Origin: Alphaproteobacteria bacterium
Lineage (GTDB): Bacteria; Pseudomonadota; Alphaproteobacteria; ATCC43930; CGMCC-115725
Length of the DNA: 64,000 nt
Direction of reading: 5' to 3'
Assembly (NCBI GenBank): GCA_030041335.1
Contig: JASHOB010000037.1
Span: 11,640-75,639 of the forward strand
Part shown: positions 59,975-64,000 of the stretch, one piece after another
Layout of the letters: the number at the start of each line of letters is the position of its first letter
Position numbering within the stretch: position 1 is the stretch's first letter
The notes under the pieces: generated by a model
The model's input: the letters and a program-made list of their open reading frames with translations, nothing else
What the model was told of the DNA's origin: nothing
The model's database searches: none
Program-made: the position numbers and the translations under genes

Positions 59975-60984
59975 GGCAACCTCTCCCCGGCGAGGAACGG
60001 CCGAACCGTCGCCACCTCTTGCGGAACGAACTGTTCGCCGCGCGTCAGAGTGATCGTTCCGCTGTTGACTGGCATGCGATAGAAACGGGGGCCACTGAGC
60101 GATGCGAAATGCTCCAGCTTGTCGAGCGCGTTTTCTTCTTCAAAAACCGTTGCGTAGATTTCGAGAGCATTGGTCGCGCTGAAAATTCCTGCACAACCGC
60201 AGTCGCATTCCTTGTCTTTGACTGGATGCGGCGCTGAATCCGTACCAAGAAAGAATTTGGCGTTGCCCGAGATTGCGGCACGACGTAGGGCAAGCCGGTC
60301 CTCTTCGCGCTTCGCCACGGGCCGGCAGTACATATGCGGTCGCAACCCGTCCTGAAACAGCGCGTTGCGGTTGATAGTCAAGTGGTGGGCGGTGATGGTC
60401 GCCGCGAGATTGACGCCGGCGTCTTTGACGAACTCTACCGCCTGGCGTGTTGTCACATGCTCGAGCACGATGCGGAGCGCCGGTAGGCGGGCCATCAAGG
60501 GCGCCAGTTCCCGCTCAAGAAAGACTGCCTCACGGTCGAAGATGTCGACCGCGGGATCGGCGACTTCGCCATGTATCAGCAAGGGCATCCCGATCTCCGC
60601 CATGCGCGACAGCACGCGGTCGATCTTGCGAACATCGGTGACACCGTGGGTCGCATTCGTGGTGACGTTGGCAGGATAGAGTTTGGCCGCGACCCAAGAG
60701 CCATCGGCAAAGCCGCGCGCTATCTCGTCTGGCGCGGTCGCATCAGTGAGATAGGCCGTCATCAGGGGAGTGAAATCGGTGCCCGCCGGCAACGCCGCCA
60801 GGATGCGGGCCCGATAGGCGCGCGCCAGCGCTGGCGTTGCCACGGGCGGACTGAGATTTGGCATCACGATGGCGCGCGCAAACACCCGGGCGGTATAGGG
60901 CAGCACTGCGCTCATTAGTGTGCCGTCGCGCAGATGCACATGCCAATCGTCCGGACGGCGGATAGTGATTTTATCGCGGCTCAC
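59959..60984 (-). CDS. pyrC: dihydroorotase (class II, homodimeric type)
   Basis: GTG start. [32 protein letters not shown]. 16-nt overlap with the ygfZ start. Confidence 0.9.
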   Translation of the reverse strand: MSRDKITIRRPDDWHVHLRDGTLMSAVLPYTARVFARAIVMPNLSPPVATPALARAYRARILAALPAGTDFTPLMTAYLTDATAPDEIARGFADGSWVAAKLYPANVTTNATHGVTDVRKIDRVLSRMAEIGMPLLIHGEVADPAVDIFDREAVFLERELAPLMARLPALRIVLEHVTTRQAVEFVKDAGVNLAATITAHHLTINRNALFQDGLRPHMYCRPVAKREEDRLALRRAAISGNAKFFLGTDSAPHPVKDKECDCGCAGIFSATNALEIYATVFEEENALDKLEHFASLSGPRFYRMPVNSGTITLTRGEQFVPQEVATVRPFLAGERLPWRIA

Positions 60985-61037
60985 GGGATCTCTTTTCGGC
61001 GCATTCGCCTATCGACACAAGTCCCCACGCTTGCAAT

Positions 61038-61059
61038 ATATGGCGAATAGATATGGCGA
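61038..61059. repeat. direct repeat ATATGGCGA-atag-ATATGGCGA overlapping the thiolase start
   Basis: Read directly. The second copy contains the ATG at 61053. Confidence 0.5.
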
Positions 61060-62225
61060 GGACCATCATGACTGCCTGCATTGTAGGTTGGGCGCATTCG
61101 CGCTTCGGCAAGCTCGAAGGTGAGGATATCGAATCCCTGATCGTCGGTGTCGCCCGCGCCGCGATCGCCGATGCCGGCCTGGCGCCGGCCGATATTGACG
61201 AAATTTTTGTCGGCACGATGGGCGTGTTCGTCCGCCAAGAATTCGCCTCGTCACTGGTTCTCCAAGTCGCCCCGGCGCTGCGCTTCAAGCCCGCGACGCG
61301 CGTCGAAAATGCCTGTGCCACCGGCTCCGCGGCCATTCATCAGGGAATGAATGCGATCGCCGCGAGGCGCGCACGCCACGTGCTGGTGGTCGGCGCCGAA
61401 AAAATGACGGCAACGCCTGACGTCGCCGACGTGCTGATCCGCGCCTCCTATCTCAAAGAGGAGGGGGGGATCGACGGCGGCTTTGCCGGTGTGTTCGGGC
61501 GCATCGCCCAGGCATATTTCCAGCGCTATGGCGACAAGTCCGACGCCCTTGCCCGCATTGCCGCAAAAAACCATAGGAACGGCGCCGCCAACCCCCTGGC
61601 GCAGATCCAAAAGGACCTCGGCTACGAATTTTGCCGTACCGTAAGCGACAAGAATCCATTGGTCGCGGGCCCGCTGCGCCGTACCGACTGCTCGTTGGTA
61701 TCGGACGGAGCCGCGGCGCTGGTGCTGACCGATGTAGCGACGGCGCTTGCCGCCGATAAAGCGGTGGTGTTCCGCGCGGCTCAGCATGTCAACGACTTCC
61801 TGCCAATGAGCAAGCGCGATGTCGTCGCTTTCGAAGGGCCGGCCTTGGCTTGGAAAAGGGCCTTCGCGGTGGCGGGCGTCACTGTCGACGATCTCAGCTT
61901 CGCCGAGGTGCACGACTGCTTCACCATTGCGGAATTGATGATCTATGAGGCGATGGGGCTGACGCCGGTCGGTCACGGCGCGCAAGCGATCGAGGAAGGT
62001 TGGACGGAGAAGGGCGGCAAGCTGCCGATCAATCCCTCGGGCGGGCTGAAAGCGAAGGGCCATCCCATCGGTGCCACCGGCGTCTCAATGCATGTGCTTG
62101 CCGCTATGCAATTGACGGGTACCGCGGGCGGCATCCAGGTCGATGGCGCCCAACTCGCCGGCGTGTTCAACATGGGCGGCGCCGCCGTGGCGAATTACGC
62201 CAGCATTCTCGAAAGGCTACGCTGA
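61053..62225 (+). CDS. thiolase-family protein (SCP-x/non-specific lipid-transfer thiolase-like)
   Basis: Nucleophile context VENACATGSAA. C-terminal HDCF and GGLKAKGHPIGATG. Alternative start MTACIVGW at 61068. Confidence 0.85.
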   Translation: MARTIMTACIVGWAHSRFGKLEGEDIESLIVGVARAAIADAGLAPADIDEIFVGTMGVFVRQEFASSLVLQVAPALRFKPATRVENACATGSAAIHQGMNAIAARRARHVLVVGAEKMTATPDVADVLIRASYLKEEGGIDGGFAGVFGRIAQAYFQRYGDKSDALARIAAKNHRNGAANPLAQIQKDLGYEFCRTVSDKNPLVAGPLRRTDCSLVSDGAAALVLTDVATALAADKAVVFRAAQHVNDFLPMSKRDVVAFEGPALAWKRAFAVAGVTVDDLSFAEVHDCFTIAELMIYEAMGLTPVGHGAQAIEEGWTEKGGKLPINPSGGLKAKGHPIGATGVSMHVLAAMQLTGTAGGIQVDGAQLAGVFNMGGAAVANYASILERLR

Positions 62226-63226
62226 TGGCTGAGTTCCAGGCCTTGGTTCTGCGTGAGGCGGACGGCAAAGTCAGCAGCGCTATCGAAACGATCAGTGAGG
62301 CCGATCTGCCGCCCGGCGAGGTCACCGTCGCGGTCGAATATTCGACCCTCAACTACAAGGACGGCATGATCGTCAACGGTATCGGCCGGCTGGTGCGCAA
62401 ATATCCCCATGTGCCCGGCGTCGATTTTGCCGGCACCGTCGAGCAATCCTCGTCACCCCAATATAAGGCGGGCGACAAGGTCGTGCTGACAGGCTGGCGC
62501 GTCGGCGAAGTGTCATGGGGTGGCTATGGGCAAAAGGCGCGCGTGAAAGCGGGCCAGTTGGTGCCGCTCCCACCCGGGCTTACCACCAGGCAGGCGATGG
62601 CAATCGGTACTGCCGGCTTTACGGCGATGCTGGCGGTGATGGCGCTCGAGCAGCATGACCTCAAGCCAGATGCCGGTCAGGTGCTGGTGACCGGGGCGGC
62701 AGGAGGTGTCGGCAGCGTCTCGGTCGCACTGCTAGCGAAGCTTGGCTATCGGGTCACGGCTTCGACCGGGCGGCCCGAAACACATGACTACCTCAAAAGG
62801 CTTGGTGCGACCGCGTTCATCGAGCGCGCCGAATTGGCCAAGGCTCCGACGCGACCGCTCGACAGCGAACGCTGGGCAGGCGCGATCGACAGTGTCGGCG
62901 GCACCACGCTTGCGAGCCTGATCACGCAGCTCGCCTACCGCGCCAGCGTTGCATCCTGTGGCCTCGCCGGCGGTAGCGATCTGGCGCTGACCGTCCTGCC
63001 CTTCCTGCTGCGCGGCGTGAATTTGCTCGGCATCGATTCGGTGATGTGCCCTTTCGACCGCCGCCGCGACGCCTGGCACCGCCTTTCGCGCGATCTGCCG
63101 AGGGACAAACTCGAGGCGATGATAGAAACAATACCGCTCGAATCGGTCCCAGGTTGGGCGGGCCGCATTCTGAGGGGCGGGGTGCGCGGCCGATTGGTCG
63201 TCGCGGTGACCCCGGACAAACCGTAG
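62225..63226 (+). CDS. acuI: MDR-family NADPH-dependent acrylyl-CoA reductase/quinone oxidoreductase (YhdH/AcuI-like)
   Basis: Start MAEFQALVLRE. Long collinear similarity by eye to E. coli YhdH (SLNYKD, PGVDFAGTV, TAGFTAML, VTGAAGGVGS, CGLAGG). 1-nt overlap with the thiolase stop. Confidence 0.8.
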   Translation: MAEFQALVLREADGKVSSAIETISEADLPPGEVTVAVEYSTLNYKDGMIVNGIGRLVRKYPHVPGVDFAGTVEQSSSPQYKAGDKVVLTGWRVGEVSWGGYGQKARVKAGQLVPLPPGLTTRQAMAIGTAGFTAMLAVMALEQHDLKPDAGQVLVTGAAGGVGSVSVALLAKLGYRVTASTGRPETHDYLKRLGATAFIERAELAKAPTRPLDSERWAGAIDSVGGTTLASLITQLAYRASVASCGLAGGSDLALTVLPFLLRGVNLLGIDSVMCPFDRRRDAWHRLSRDLPRDKLEAMIETIPLESVPGWAGRILRGGVRGRLVVAVTPDKP

Positions 63227-63342
63227 GGCCATCGCTTTTTTTCATTATGGGTTAAATAGATATGGCATTTTTCTCAACCTGATAATAGTATGGTTGGGGG
63301 CGGGTTCGAGCTCGGTGAGAGCGAAAATCGTCGGGGTGCAAG

Positions 63343-64000
63343 ATGGGCTTGCGGGTGGAATATGGCCGACGGCAGCTCATAGGGTTGCTGTCGGGGGGTG
63401 TGGTTTGTTTCGTCTTTTCAACAAACACTAGCCGAGCGTGGGCTCAGGCGCAGCGGCGCGTCGGCGGCAATCGCCGCATCGTCATGATCGATCCCGGTCA
63501 TGGCGGCCAAGACCCGGGCGCAATCGGCGTCGCCGGCACACGCGAAAAATACGTGGCATTAGATACGGCCCGCGCCATCGCGCGGCAACTGGAAGCGACC
63601 GGTCGCTACCACGTCCTGATGACGCGCGACACTGACGAATACATTCCTTTGCAGGATCGCGTGGCGATGGCGCAAACCGGAGGTGCCGAACTGTTCGTGT
63701 CGGTGCATGCCGACGCCAATCACAACCATCATATACACGGCGCATCGGTCTACACGTTGTCGGAAAAGGCCTCCGACGAAGAAGCAGCGGAATTGGCGGC
63801 GCGCGAAAACAGCTCGGATCGCGTTGCCGGGATTGACCTTTCGAAGCACGAACCGATCGTCAACGAAATCCTCTACGATCTGGCGCGCCGTGAGACCAAC
63901 AACCTGTCGCAGCGCTTCGCCCAAGCCTTGGTGGCGGAACTCGGCCGCGACGTGACATTGATGGACAATACGCATCGCTCCGCAGGCTTTGTGGTGCTGA
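63343..64000 (+). CDS. N-acetylmuramoyl-L-alanine amidase (Amidase_3), N-terminal part, open at window end
   Basis: Absent from the ORF track. My translation: MGLRVEYGRRQLIGLLSGG... (Tat-like RRQLI) ...VMIDPGHGGQDPGAIG...ELFVSVHADA...ARENSSD...SAGFVVL. Confidence 0.85.
   Translation, partial: MGLRVEYGRRQLIGLLSGGVVCFVFSTNTSRAWAQAQRRVGGNRRIVMIDPGHGGQDPGAIGVAGTREKYVALDTARAIARQLEATGRYHVLMTRDTDEYIPLQDRVAMAQTGGAELFVSVHADANHNHHIHGASVYTLSEKASDEEAAELAARENSSDRVAGIDLSKHEPIVNEILYDLARRETNNLSQRFAQALVAELGRDVTLMDNTHRSAGFVVL

Overview
GC-rich chromosomal segment. Gene content and order (glyQ-glyS-ppdK, ygfZ-pyrC, NodD-like LysR, many ATGA/GTGA overlaps) look alphaproteobacterial, Hyphomicrobiales/Bradyrhizobiaceae-like; that is inference only. 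I support about 55 protein-coding genes. I recognised no rRNA, tRNA, CRISPR array or intact IS/transposase. Layout: (1) 1-8524, a minus-strand amino-sugar operon: BadF-type kinase, nagA, SIS isomerase, CUT2-type ABC transporter, Gfo/Idh/MocA oxidoreductase. (2) 8.5-15.5 kb, an accessory stretch with two visibly lower-GC segments of small or decayed ORFs flanking a translationally coupled glutamine-synthetase-like + Rieske oxygenase pair. (3) 15.5-19.2 kb: NIPSNAP, CaCA exchanger, catalase-related protein + cytochrome b561. (4) 19.6-28.45 kb, a LysR-centred divergent catabolic cluster: extradiol dioxygenase, OCD/mu-crystallin, DHDPS-like, MFS on one side; MetE-C-like Zn protein, FAH hydrolase, ACAD-fold flavin monooxygenase on the other. 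(5) 29-38.2 kb, glycogen catabolism: pgm, glgP, glgX, malQ. (6) 38.4-47.6 kb, a second aromatic-type region: fumarase/ASL-family lyase, ACMSD-like amidohydrolase, tannase/feruloyl esterase, a multiply frameshifted TAXI-like binding-protein pseudogene, then a MarR-headed operon of a DUF4242-like protein, two tandem 3-hydroxyanthranilate-dioxygenase-like cupins and a second ACAD-fold monooxygenase. (7) 48-52.9 kb: MFS+TetR, GNAT, RcnB-like, NUDIX, small zinc-ribbon membrane protein. (8) 53-64 kb, housekeeping: glyQ, glyS, ppdK, ygfZ, pyrC, thiolase, acuI-like reductase, cell-wall amidase. The best candidates for an undescribed system are the MarR/tandem-HAO-like-cupin/monooxygenase operon and the LysR-controlled hybrid cluster. 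All functional calls rest on motifs I read in the translations. No database search was run.
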